A stretch of 64,000 nt of DNA from Candidatus Micrarchaeota archaeon. GTDB taxonomy: Archaea; Micrarchaeota; Micrarchaeia; Anstonellales; Bilamarchaeaceae. A program made the position numbers and the translations under genes. Location: contig JBDRCX010000002.1 in assembly GCA_043821365.1 (NCBI GenBank), positions 64,001-128,000 of the forward strand. Direction: 5' to 3'. Below, one piece after another: positions 38,135-47,625 of this stretch. A model generated the notes under the pieces. It was not told the DNA's origin. It saw only the letters and a list, made by a program, of their open reading frames with translations, and did not search any database. The first letter of the stretch is position 1, and the number at the start of each line of letters is the position of its first letter.

Positions 38135-38961
38135 TCTGCCTCTTGCTCTTTTAAATATTCATCAAACTTTCCCATTAATTCAACAAGTTCTTTTGACGGT
38201 TTTCCGAATTCTATATCGTCTATCTTGTTTATCGGAACTATCCTACTTGAAGTGCTTGTAAGGAAAGCTGATTTGTACCCTTCCAAATCCTCTAATTTTA
38301 TCATCTCTTCTTTTACAGTGTAATTATTTTTCCTTGCTATCTCTATCACATATCTTCTTGTTACTCCATTCAATACCTCTTCTTCAGGTGCAGTTACTAT
38401 CGTCTTCCCATCAATGACAAAAAAATTAGTTCTACTTCCTTCAATTACATTGTTTTGTTTATCTACAAATAGCACATCATAACATCCTTGATTTTTAGCT
38501 TCAGAATAATATACATAACTCGGGAGCATATTCAATGTTTTTGCCTGAGGCATCCAACGTTCATATTTTTTTGTTAATGTTTTTACACCATCACGATATA
38601 ATTTTCTATCAATGAAATGCGGATTTAATGGCAAAATATAAAGGGTTGTATCTTTCTTTTGTTTAGCTCCCATCAACACCATTTTCAGATTAATATTAAT
38701 CTTCTGATCAGATAACTTTTGGATCAATTGGTTTATACTTTTACTAATATCAGTTTTGGAAAAACCATGTTCCATCCTTACCAAACTAGCAGAAGAAAAC
38801 AATCTTGTTATGTGCTCATCCAAAAAGCATGGTTTACTATTCTTTATTTTTATGTTTTCATATACTCCAAAACCATAGTTATGTTCAATATTGAAAAGAG
38901 AAATTACTGCTTCTGAGACCGGGCAAATCTTGTTATTTTTAATAAAATATTTCAATTCCAT
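38131..38961 (-). CDS. PLP-dependent aminotransferase class IV (BCAT/D-amino acid AT/ADC lyase family)
   Basis: YGFGVYE, HITRL, KTLN (PLP Lys), EGSRTNFF, LNGVTR and FLTSTS. Confidence 0.9.
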   Translation of the reverse strand: MELKYFIKNNKICPVSEAVISLFNIEHNYGFGVYENIKIKNSKPCFLDEHITRLFSSASLVRMEHGFSKTDISKSINQLIQKLSDQKININLKMVLMGAKQKKDTTLYILPLNPHFIDRKLYRDGVKTLTKKYERWMPQAKTLNMLPSYVYYSEAKNQGCYDVLFVDKQNNVIEGSRTNFFVIDGKTIVTAPEEEVLNGVTRRYVIEIARKNNYTVKEEMIKLEDLEGYKSAFLTSTSSRIVPINKIDDIEFGKPSKELVELMGKFDEYLKEQEAE

Positions 38962-39080
38962 ACTTGCTATTTTTTATAAAATTATATAAAAAACTATCTT
39001 TTTTCGTAAAAATCTACTAATTAATTTAATATATATGAAATGCACAGATAAATTCACAAATTAACACAATTGGTGGGATA

Positions 39081-40148
39081 ATGAAGCTTCTATATTTTCA
39101 TGCAAAAGAGTTGCGAATTGAAGCAGGCATTTCAGGTAACCCAAGCAAACAAAGACAAACTGAACGGACTTTGCGCGAGCGTCTTGGCAATGCACTTCCA
39201 ATATTAGATACTCACAATAATCTAACTGAATCAAAAAACGCTCTTCTTGTTTTTGTCTGTGCAGAAAAAGAAGATGGTGTTCTTGATCTTACTAATATTC
39301 GTGATGATATACTAAAATCAAGAGCAATGCTCGGTGTAGATGACATTGTGCTTGGTGCATTTGGTCATTTAAGTGAAGAAACCGCTGATCCATTGTTAGC
39401 AAGAAGAATAATAGATGATCTTCTGAGTATGGTTCAATCCAGTTATCCGTCTACTAAATCATTCCCTTTTGGTTGGGACAAATCACTCGATATAAAGGTT
39501 CCATTACATCATTTTAATGCATCATTCAAGTCCTATGGAACTGGATTAGACTTTTGGAGTTCAGTTGCAACTCATTTTGATGAGTATATGCAAGAAACTG
39601 GTCACTATCATGCACAAGCAACATTGCTTAACAGGTTTTTTGAGTCAATGCCAAGTTCTCAAATACTTGATATCTGTTGTGGTGGAGGATTTGCCATACA
39701 TCATCTGACAAAAACCATTCATCCGGAGAATCAAGTTTTTGGTTTAGATAGTTCTGAAAAGATGCTTGAAATAGCAAGAAAAAGATCTAGTGGTAGTTTT
39801 ATTTGTGGAAAGGCAGAGTATTTAGATCTATTTTTCAATGGACATAAATTTGACGTTGTGCTTGCTATCAATGCAGTTGCATATGTTGATATGGTGTTGG
39901 TCCTATCAAGACTTCGTAAAATAATGAAGCCGGGATCGGGGTTTATTGTGATGGAAGAAGAGCCATTTATCTCTGGGTTTTCGATCCCATCAGACACAAA
40001 AATACCTGAAGAACTAAAATTAGCCCATCTAAGTATCAAGGAAATAGAAAAGTCTGTTATTCAGAGTGGTTTCAGGTTAATTGCCAAAACAGATAGTCCA
40101 ATAGATCAAAGGCACAGATTAGTTGGTTTAGCATTCCAATTAGTTTAG
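39081..40148 (+). CDS. Fusion: archaeal ThrRS editing (DTD-fold) domain + class I SAM methyltransferase
   Basis: N-terminal MKLLYFHA, LVFVCAEKED, AFGHLS and PFGWDK; C-terminal ILDICCGGG, GLDSSEKMLE and FDVV. Confidence 0.75.
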   Translation: MKLLYFHAKELRIEAGISGNPSKQRQTERTLRERLGNALPILDTHNNLTESKNALLVFVCAEKEDGVLDLTNIRDDILKSRAMLGVDDIVLGAFGHLSEETADPLLARRIIDDLLSMVQSSYPSTKSFPFGWDKSLDIKVPLHHFNASFKSYGTGLDFWSSVATHFDEYMQETGHYHAQATLLNRFFESMPSSQILDICCGGGFAIHHLTKTIHPENQVFGLDSSEKMLEIARKRSSGSFICGKAEYLDLFFNGHKFDVVLAINAVAYVDMVLVLSRLRKIMKPGSGFIVMEEEPFISGFSIPSDTKIPEELKLAHLSIKEIEKSVIQSGFRLIAKTDSPIDQRHRLVGLAFQLV

Positions 40149-40208
40149 TGACAAAGTTCTGAAAAAACTGTCAATATTTATAAACTTGCAAAACTATTTC
40201 TTTATGCT

Positions 40209-40222
40209 TTTTCTATAGAAAA
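40209..40222. promoter_or_regulatory. Perfect 14-bp palindrome TTTTCTATAGAAAA near the predicted thrS transcription start
   Basis: Lies about 25 nt downstream of TATA box TTTATAAA (40177-40184) and just before the AGGTGA SD. Confidence 0.35.
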
Positions 40223-40236
40223 GCTCAGGTGAAATC

Positions 40237-42651
40237 ATGAGAATATTAACAATTCATGCAGATTACATAGAAGTAGAACCAATGAAGAAGGCAATAAAGG
40301 ATGCAGAAGAACTGAAGCATAAAGGAAAAGAAAGATTCGATGAAGTTCTTGTTGTATTTACTGCCGTAGAAAAAGATGATGATGAAAACAGTGGAGAAAG
40401 GCTTGCTAATGAGACAAAGTCAGTTGCTGATCAAGTCAAAACAAAAAAATTATTACTATATCCTCTTGTTCACCTAACATCAAAACCATCCTCTCCATCA
40501 CTTGCAAAAAAAGTTATGGCAAAAGCAGAATCAATCCTTAAAGAACAAGGATTCGAAGTTTCCCACTCTCCTTTTGGATGGTACAAAGGTTATACACTCA
40601 AGTGCAAAGGTCACCCACTTTCTGAACTATCAAGAGAGTTTTATGCTAGTGAAACAGCAGAAATATCTAAGGAATTAGTATCTGATAATAGCACATACAA
40701 AAAATTGATGGACTTTCTTAACCAAAATAAGGCCACCTACAAGCTTATTGATCATCCACCCGAGGGCAGAACAGCAATAGTAAGTAAGATGAGAGGCAAC
40801 CTGCTTTCTCAGGCAGCGCATTGTATAATAGTAATGATAGATGTTGGAAAGAACAAGAAGAAATATATTCTAGCTGTTGTTCCTGGGGATTCCAGAGTGG
40901 ATATGGACGCAGTCAAATTATTATTTAACGGTTCCTATGCCTCTTTTGCTGATAAGGAGACTGCTGAGAGATTATCTGGAAGTATCTCAGGAACAATCCT
41001 ACCGTTTACTTTTAACCAAGAACTAGAACTAGTGGTGGATCCGAGATTGTTGGAACATGATGAACTATTCTTTAATGCAGCCCGTTTGGATAAGTCTTTG
41101 ATACTAAAGTCAAGCGACTACAAACGCATTGCTAAGCCTACGATAAAGTCAATATCTGTGATTTCTGAGGAAGGAGAAAAAGATGTTAGCAATGCCTTTA
41201 AAGCCGAGAAGAAGCTTGTGTCGATTTTTCATATTCTTGACAGCGAGGGAGAAGTACACAAGATTGAATATGACAAGGAAAAGAAGAAATTTGCTGGTTT
41301 CGACTTCTCAAACCATGAGAACCTGAAGAAATTTGCATCATATGAGATGGCCAAGGATAGGGCAGTGAATGAAGAACCACCACACGTGGCTCTGATGAAA
41401 AAGCACGAACTGGTGGATTATGAGCCTGGTTCTGATCCTGGAAATCTTAGATATTATCCAAAAGGACGTTTCATGAAAGGTCTTATTGAGAGATATGTTA
41501 CCCAGGTTGTGAAGCAGAATGGTGGAATGGAAATCGAATCACCAATCATGTATGATTTTGAACATCCTTCACTGAAAAGCTATCTTAACAGATTCCCTGC
41601 AAGACAGTATACAATTGAAACGCCCAACAAAAAGGTGTTCTTAAGGTTTGCTGCATGCTTCGGTGGCTTCCTTATGGCACATGATACTAACATTTCCTAT
41701 AAGCAGCTTCCTGTGTGGCTCTACGAGCTTACTAGATATAGCTTTAGGGTGGAGCAAAGAGGAGAGCTGACTGGTTTGAGGCGGTTGAGGTCATTTACTA
41801 TGCCTGATTGCCATGCATTCTGCAAAGACGAGGGACAAGCAAAAGCTGAAATAATAAGAAGGTTTGAAATGAGTAGGGAAATGCAGAACAAGATGGGTAT
41901 AAATTCCAAAAACGATCTTGAATTCGCAATAAGGGTAACACGACAGTTTTATGAGAAAAATAAGGAATTTCTTGTCGATCTGGTGAAGCGGTGGGGCAAA
42001 CCAACACTTCTTGAAATGTGGGACGAACAGTTTTTCTACTTCGTATTTAAGTATGAATTTAATTTTGTTGACAATCTTGGCAAGTGTTCTGCACTTACCA
42101 CTGATCAAATTGATATCGAGAACGCAAAAAGATACGGAATTGAGTACGTTGACGAGAATGGAGAAAAGAAGAACCCATTAATATTACATCTTTCTCCATC
42201 TGGTGCAGTTGAAAGAATAATATATGCACTGCTTGAAAAAGCAGCATTTGATATGAAAAAAGGTAACGTCCCCAGCCTTCCATTGTGGCTATCGCCAACG
42301 CAGATCCGCATAATCCCAGTTTCAAAAGAGAAACATCTTAATTTCAGCGAAAAACTAGCAGAAAGAATTTCAAATATGGATATCCGAGTTGATGTTGATG
42401 ATCGAGATGAAAGCGTTGGTAAAAAGATACGAAATGCTGGCCAGGAGTGGACTCCTTATACCATTGTAGTTGGTGACAAGGAAATTGAGAGCCAAGATAA
42501 ATTTATGGTAAGGGACAGGGAAAATAACCAGGAAAGAGAAATGCACATTGAAGAGTTGGTAAAAACAATAAAAGAAAAAACAGAAGGAATGCCTTTTGAT
42601 ACTCTTCCACTTCCGAGGAACTTAAGCAAGCGAATTATTTTTGTTGGTTGA
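40237..42651 (+). CDS. thrS: Archaeal threonyl-tRNA synthetase with an inserted YbaK/ProXp domain
   Basis: N-terminal editing domain (PFGWYK...CKGHPLSELSR); insert at residues ~153-307; catalytic LRFAAC, FRVEQRGEL.GL.RLR.FTMPD.H and HLSPSGAVER; anticodon-binding domain. Confidence 0.96.
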   Translation: MRILTIHADYIEVEPMKKAIKDAEELKHKGKERFDEVLVVFTAVEKDDDENSGERLANETKSVADQVKTKKLLLYPLVHLTSKPSSPSLAKKVMAKAESILKEQGFEVSHSPFGWYKGYTLKCKGHPLSELSREFYASETAEISKELVSDNSTYKKLMDFLNQNKATYKLIDHPPEGRTAIVSKMRGNLLSQAAHCIIVMIDVGKNKKKYILAVVPGDSRVDMDAVKLLFNGSYASFADKETAERLSGSISGTILPFTFNQELELVVDPRLLEHDELFFNAARLDKSLILKSSDYKRIAKPTIKSISVISEEGEKDVSNAFKAEKKLVSIFHILDSEGEVHKIEYDKEKKKFAGFDFSNHENLKKFASYEMAKDRAVNEEPPHVALMKKHELVDYEPGSDPGNLRYYPKGRFMKGLIERYVTQVVKQNGGMEIESPIMYDFEHPSLKSYLNRFPARQYTIETPNKKVFLRFAACFGGFLMAHDTNISYKQLPVWLYELTRYSFRVEQRGELTGLRRLRSFTMPDCHAFCKDEGQAKAEIIRRFEMSREMQNKMGINSKNDLEFAIRVTRQFYEKNKEFLVDLVKRWGKPTLLEMWDEQFFYFVFKYEFNFVDNLGKCSALTTDQIDIENAKRYGIEYVDENGEKKNPLILHLSPSGAVERIIYALLEKAAFDMKKGNVPSLPLWLSPTQIRIIPVSKEKHLNFSEKLAERISNMDIRVDVDDRDESVGKKIRNAGQEWTPYTIVVGDKEIESQDKFMVRDRENNQEREMHIEELVKTIKEKTEGMPFDTLPLPRNLSKRIIFVG

Positions 42652-42788
42652 TATTGCATCTTTCCTTGCCGAGCAGCAGTTATCATAATTTTTTCTTTTC
42701 TATTCGTAAGGTTCTAATTAGTCGTGTCTTTCGGTAAATAAAAATGGTTCTGATTTTCCGAGCATAAAACCTCTCTTTAAAATAATTC

Positions 42789-44618
42789 ATGATACAATTC
42801 TGCCCTATGGCGGGTAGGCTAGTCAGTGCTTTTGATGCAAGACCAAATTCAAAACAACGAAATATGCAATTTGATGGTGCACCACTAGTTGAAAGAAATC
42901 TTACTTTGGTTAATAGATTTGGTGAACAAAGGTCATTACGTGGTCTTGTTCCCTTGGGTATTGATAAAGTCGAAGAGGTTCAATTTATTCTTTCACAAAA
43001 CGGTGGTACCTGCAATATTGAAAAAGGAACCGGTGATCTATCAGAGTTTACGTGGATAAAAAGCATTGCATTAAGTGATGGGTTTACTGTTGCTGATTGG
43101 CTTCAAATAAGAAACAGAAGTATGGAATTTGAGATTGGCAGATTGAAAGACGGCCGTTCTTTTTGGGAGAATGCCAACACACTAAAAGTCAAAGAAGCAG
43201 GTGCAACTGTTATTACAGAAGATTATGGTATGACTGCAGAATTGCCTGATACTAGTGACATACTAAATGGAAAGAAAGCTTGCGGAGGTTGCGGAGGGGA
43301 CATGTCAAAAGATTCCCTTGAAGCTGCCAGAATTGCCATAAGATATGGTTGGGATAGGGATGAATTTTCTGTCAATCCTGATACAGGCGAAGTAAAAGAG
43401 CAAGCAAAATATGCTGATGGTCTTGCAATCTCTATTGATGTAACTCAAATAATTCCAGGCCCTAATAATCCTATTGTTCAAGATGTATATACAAAGTCTA
43501 ATGAGACTGGCGGGTTTGGAAATGGGTTATTAGTAAAATTACTTCTTAGTAGCCAATCTTCTGAAGAAAGCTTCAGAAACCAACCTGTTATATTAACCTC
43601 TCCAATACCAGTCACCCAGACTGATGTTCCAAAACCAGAGAAACAAATGTGTGAACAATACACACCAGAAGAGTCTATGATCTTACGTTTATTGATGAAT
43701 CCAACAGAAAGAAAATTATGGGGGCGTCTTTATGGTCTTCCTGATGATGAAGCTTCCCCTATTGTTCTTGAAAAACTCGTTCTACAATCCCTTCAAACAA
43801 TAAGAGCACCAACTCCACTATCAGTTCAACATCAAAAACAATTACCAACAAAGTCCCAAGATGAAGACAAACCAGTACAACAACCAAAACTCCCAAGATT
43901 AGTTTTCTCATCAATTAAAATAGATACAGAATCCAAACCACAAGAAGTTTCATCAAAACAAAAACATCCGGTGCAAGTCTCAACTCAACAACATTTTCAA
44001 AAACCAAAATCACCAGGAATAAAACAAAAACCAGTTAGAACTAAAACACCCAAGAAAAAACCAGTTTCTGAATTGGAATCAACAAGAACAAACAAAAAGA
44101 GGCATGAAATACGTGATGCCGAACCTACTGGAAAAATACCAAAATCAAGAAAGGCTCCAAAACCAGTTAGTCTGGATGAAGTAAAGGACGAAACTAAAAA
44201 ACCAAAAAGAAGAAAATCTACGAAGAAAACATCAGACGAGCTGGAATCTACTAAAAAACTATCAGATGAAAAGAAAAAAGCTAAAAAAAGAAAACACCCA
44301 GAACCAGAAATCGAAGGAATTCAAAAGAAAGAAAAAAAGGCAAGAAGAATCAAGAAACAGTTGGAATCACCAGAGCCTCTAAAGAAACAAAAAACCAAAA
44401 GAATAAATGATCAAATGGAACAAGATGAAAAAACCAGAAAAAAATCAAAGATCCATCATCCAGCAGCATCAAAAAGAAAATCGAATAATCCTAAAAACCA
44501 TACTTTAGCAAAGAAAAAAAGACGTAAAAAACGAGTTAGTCGCTACTATCTATTAGATATGCTTGGAGTTATAAATAAAAGAAAAAAATCTAATGGAAAA
44601 GTAGTGGTAAGAAATTAA
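42789..44618 (+). CDS. Hypothetical protein: globular N-terminus (CGGC motif) and long Lys/Glu/Ser/Pro-rich basic tail
   Basis: 609-aa open frame; the C-terminal ~250 aa are low-complexity and basic. Confidence 0.7.
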   Translation: MIQFCPMAGRLVSAFDARPNSKQRNMQFDGAPLVERNLTLVNRFGEQRSLRGLVPLGIDKVEEVQFILSQNGGTCNIEKGTGDLSEFTWIKSIALSDGFTVADWLQIRNRSMEFEIGRLKDGRSFWENANTLKVKEAGATVITEDYGMTAELPDTSDILNGKKACGGCGGDMSKDSLEAARIAIRYGWDRDEFSVNPDTGEVKEQAKYADGLAISIDVTQIIPGPNNPIVQDVYTKSNETGGFGNGLLVKLLLSSQSSEESFRNQPVILTSPIPVTQTDVPKPEKQMCEQYTPEESMILRLLMNPTERKLWGRLYGLPDDEASPIVLEKLVLQSLQTIRAPTPLSVQHQKQLPTKSQDEDKPVQQPKLPRLVFSSIKIDTESKPQEVSSKQKHPVQVSTQQHFQKPKSPGIKQKPVRTKTPKKKPVSELESTRTNKKRHEIRDAEPTGKIPKSRKAPKPVSLDEVKDETKKPKRRKSTKKTSDELESTKKLSDEKKKAKKRKHPEPEIEGIQKKEKKARRIKKQLESPEPLKKQKTKRINDQMEQDEKTRKKSKIHHPAASKRKSNNPKNHTLAKKKRRKKRVSRYYLLDMLGVINKRKKSNGKVVVRN

Positions 44619-45945
44619 GTGCAAAGAAAAACAAAGCACCATAGCTTACTAATTTCACTATTGTTTTGTTTTCCACATTAATGTCAATTATCCTGAAACC
44701 ATCAAACATTGGCACTGGTAGAATATTTACAGTACCAACAATGAAGTTAAGTGCAAGGCTCAATCCAACAAGGAGGTAAATGAACTGCAGTATTCCATTA
44801 TTATAATGGGCAGCAAGAGAGCTTTTGTAAATGGGATAATATTGTATTCCCACCTTACCTGTTTCATTAGCCATCATAGTTACGTCTCCCATATTCGTTT
44901 GGAATATAACTTCACTATTCGGAGTCAGATTCATGGGAGTATGATTATAGACGTTTAACAGTTCCCCATCTATACCATATATGACTGTTCCTGGTTCCAT
45001 TCCAGATACAACCAACAATCCTTCTTCTCTGAATGATCCTGTTGCAAAGAAAAATCCCATAAATAAAAAGAATAATACTACAGAAGTTATCAGATTTGCA
45101 GTTGGTCCAGCAACTAATACTCTAGTTTGCTTTTTTGCATCTACTTTCACTAGTTTCTTTTCATCAGGTTCTACAAAAGCACCTATCGGTATTATACCAA
45201 ATAAGACTATTCCAGATGATAAAACTGGGACTTTTGCAATTCTAGCTAAAACTGCATGTGCAACTTCATGCACAACCATGACTATTGCAAGAGCCAATAC
45301 TCCCTCTAAAAATGGTAAATTTATGCCAGGAAGTAAGAAAGTTCCACCAGCAGCAGTTTGGGATATGGTGTCTGTTCCAAAGAAAATGGTGGTTATCAAT
45401 GCCTTCAAAACAACAATACCATAAAAAACCAAACCAAAAACTATGAACAAGAACATTCCACCAACAAACAATATCCCACTTATGAGTAGCAATCCAAGAC
45501 TAGGGTCGTCTGTTAGTCCTGTTACTGTTTTCTCAGTCGCACCCACTTTTACTACATTTAATATGAACGACAAAGCAACAGGAGCAACAAATAACGATAG
45601 GAAAAATAATACAACTAAACCAGGAATTAAAGTTTTCCATGTTGTTGTTTTCTTCATTAGTAAAAGACTCAAAAGCCCATATGAAATAGAACTTCCAACA
45701 TCAGCTAGATAATTGAAAATTTTCTCGTGGTGGGCTAGTTTATCTATCCATACAATCCCTTTCTTACTTTTCAAAAGAACAAGACCAAGCTCACTTGAAA
45801 GCTTATATTTTTTGATAAGTATTTGGCTTACAGCCAACATTTCTATTACCACTAATACAAATTTGACTAGACCTGAAACCTCCAATTGCAGTATTGCATA
45901 AAACAATCCCAATGCTATGGCTATCAATAACAGAATAACAATCAT
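44590..45945 (-). CDS. Site-2 protease (peptidase M50)
   Basis: HEVAH, GAFVEPD, VAGPTAN and NILPVPMFDG; many TM helices. Confidence 0.93.
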   Translation of the reverse strand: MIVILLLIAIALGLFYAILQLEVSGLVKFVLVVIEMLAVSQILIKKYKLSSELGLVLLKSKKGIVWIDKLAHHEKIFNYLADVGSSISYGLLSLLLMKKTTTWKTLIPGLVVLFFLSLFVAPVALSFILNVVKVGATEKTVTGLTDDPSLGLLLISGILFVGGMFLFIVFGLVFYGIVVLKALITTIFFGTDTISQTAAGGTFLLPGINLPFLEGVLALAIVMVVHEVAHAVLARIAKVPVLSSGIVLFGIIPIGAFVEPDEKKLVKVDAKKQTRVLVAGPTANLITSVVLFFLFMGFFFATGSFREEGLLVVSGMEPGTVIYGIDGELLNVYNHTPMNLTPNSEVIFQTNMGDVTMMANETGKVGIQYYPIYKSSLAAHYNNGILQFIYLLVGLSLALNFIVGTVNILPVPMFDGFRIIDINVENKTIVKLVSYGALFFFALNFLPLLFH

Positions 45946-45997
45946 AAATATGCTACGAAGTTAGGTCTTTTTATAGTTATGGAAGAATAGAATTATC

Positions 45998-46474
45998 ATG
46001 GCAGAGCTCTATTGTGACATTTGTGGGAATACTCCAGTCCGTGCTCAGATCTTGGTTGAAGGAGCCAAGATGTTAGCCTGTGGCAGGTGTATGAAAAGTG
46101 GGAAGGTAATAATGAGGCTTGATGAGGATGATGGTCTTCCAATTGCACGTCCAGCGCCAACCAATTTAGGTTCTAATGAGGAAATAACCGAGGGGTACGG
46201 TAGAATCATAATCAATGCAAGGGAAAAATCAGGACTACCAATAGCAGTTGTTGCAGAGAGAATAAAGGAAAAAGAAAGCTATCTTCATGCAATAGAACAC
46301 GAACGACTTTCACCAACCATGGCGGTTGCTAAAAAATTAGAAAAAGAACTTGGCATTAAGTTAATCGAAAAAGTTAGCAATACAATGGCACCGAGTGTTT
46401 CACCGTCCTCCAAAAACTTCCAACCTCTTACTCTGGGTGATATGGTGGATGCCAAAAAGAAAAAGGAGAAATAA
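45998..46474 (+). CDS. Archaeal multiprotein bridging factor aMBF1
   Basis: CDICG...C..C zinc ribbon, Cro/C1 HTH (AREKSGL...KLEKELGIKL) and LTLGD tail. Confidence 0.92.
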   Translation: MAELYCDICGNTPVRAQILVEGAKMLACGRCMKSGKVIMRLDEDDGLPIARPAPTNLGSNEEITEGYGRIIINAREKSGLPIAVVAERIKEKESYLHAIEHERLSPTMAVAKKLEKELGIKLIEKVSNTMAPSVSPSSKNFQPLTLGDMVDAKKKKEK

Positions 46475-46567
46475 TGCTTTTAAGACATATTGGGGGGTTC
46501 ATCATGGGTAGTGGGTATATGATGGGGATAGAAAACCCCAAGAAGAAAAACGTAGAGGGTTTTCATC

Positions 46568-47605
46568 ATGGGTGTTGATTTAGGCGATCTTAGTGTAAAA
46601 CATCCTATTTCATTAGATTCACTTTCTGGCAAAGCAATTGCCATCGATGCATACAATATGCTTTATCAGTTTTTGGCATCAATACGTCAAGAAGATGGAA
46701 TGCCTTTAATGGACTTCAAAGGAAATGTAACTGCCCATTTGTCAGGTTTATTCTATCGTACTTGCAAACTTATGGAGAATGGAATCAAACCAATCTATGT
46801 TTTTGATGGCAAGCCAAATGTGATGAAAGGAAAAGTCCAAGCACAAAGATCAGAAATAAAGAAAAAGGCAGAGGAGAAATGGAAAGAAGCACTTGAACAT
46901 GGTAGGTATCAGGATGCAAAAAAATATGCTCAGGCAACTTCAAAATTAACTAAAGAAATGGTTGCTGAAAGCAAAATTCTTCTACAGGGAATGGGAGTCC
47001 CATTTGTCCAGGCATCTTCTGATGGTGAAGCACAAGCATCAATGATGGTTGAAAAAGGAATTGCATATGCAACTGCTTCTCAAGATTATGATGCCTTATT
47101 ATTTGGCTCAAATAGGTTAGTCAGGAATTTGTCAATAACTGGAAGACGAAAAGTCCCACGTCAGGATCGTTATATTCTTGTAGAGCCTGAAATGATTGAA
47201 CTTAAGGAAACACTTGCTTCTTTGGGCATCGGTAGAGACGGGCTGATATTTATCGGCATTCTACTTGGTACTGATTTCAATGATGGTGTGAAACGAGTTG
47301 GGCCTAAAACTGCACTAAAAATAGTAAAAGAAAATAAAACACTTGATTCTATTGTTGATTATGTAAAACAAAAATACGACTACCAATTTGAAGTTGATGC
47401 TGAAGATGTTTTCAATATCTTTCTTGATCCACCGTATGTTCAAGCGGATAATCTAAAATGGAATAAACTAAACACAGATGCTCTTACCAAGCTTCTTGTT
47501 GATCAACATGATTTCTCAAAAGATAGAGTTGGAAATACTCTAACCAATCTACAAAAAATTATGGACGAAAGATCTGCTCAGAGTAAATTAGACGAATGGT
47601 TCTAG
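46568..47605 (+). CDS. fen: Flap endonuclease 1
   Basis: MGV, IDAYN..YQFL, VFDG, SDGEAQ, SQDYD.LLFG, GTDFN and PIP box QSKLDEWF. Confidence 0.97.
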   Translation: MGVDLGDLSVKHPISLDSLSGKAIAIDAYNMLYQFLASIRQEDGMPLMDFKGNVTAHLSGLFYRTCKLMENGIKPIYVFDGKPNVMKGKVQAQRSEIKKKAEEKWKEALEHGRYQDAKKYAQATSKLTKEMVAESKILLQGMGVPFVQASSDGEAQASMMVEKGIAYATASQDYDALLFGSNRLVRNLSITGRRKVPRQDRYILVEPEMIELKETLASLGIGRDGLIFIGILLGTDFNDGVKRVGPKTALKIVKENKTLDSIVDYVKQKYDYQFEVDAEDVFNIFLDPPYVQADNLKWNKLNTDALTKLLVDQHDFSKDRVGNTLTNLQKIMDERSAQSKLDEWF

Positions 47606-47625
47606 TCCAAACCAGTGGTTTTCCT

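Noticed and set aside
38962-39080. AT-only palindromes as Lrp operators, and a possible Leu/Ile/Val leader peptide
   Set aside because: Pure A/T symmetry is expected by chance here, and no ATG-initiated mini-ORF precedes the aminotransferase.
42652-42788. 15-codon minus-strand ORF MLGKSEPFLFTERHD with a weak SD-like sequence
   Set aside because: No compositional signal or logical downstream target; indistinguishable from chance.
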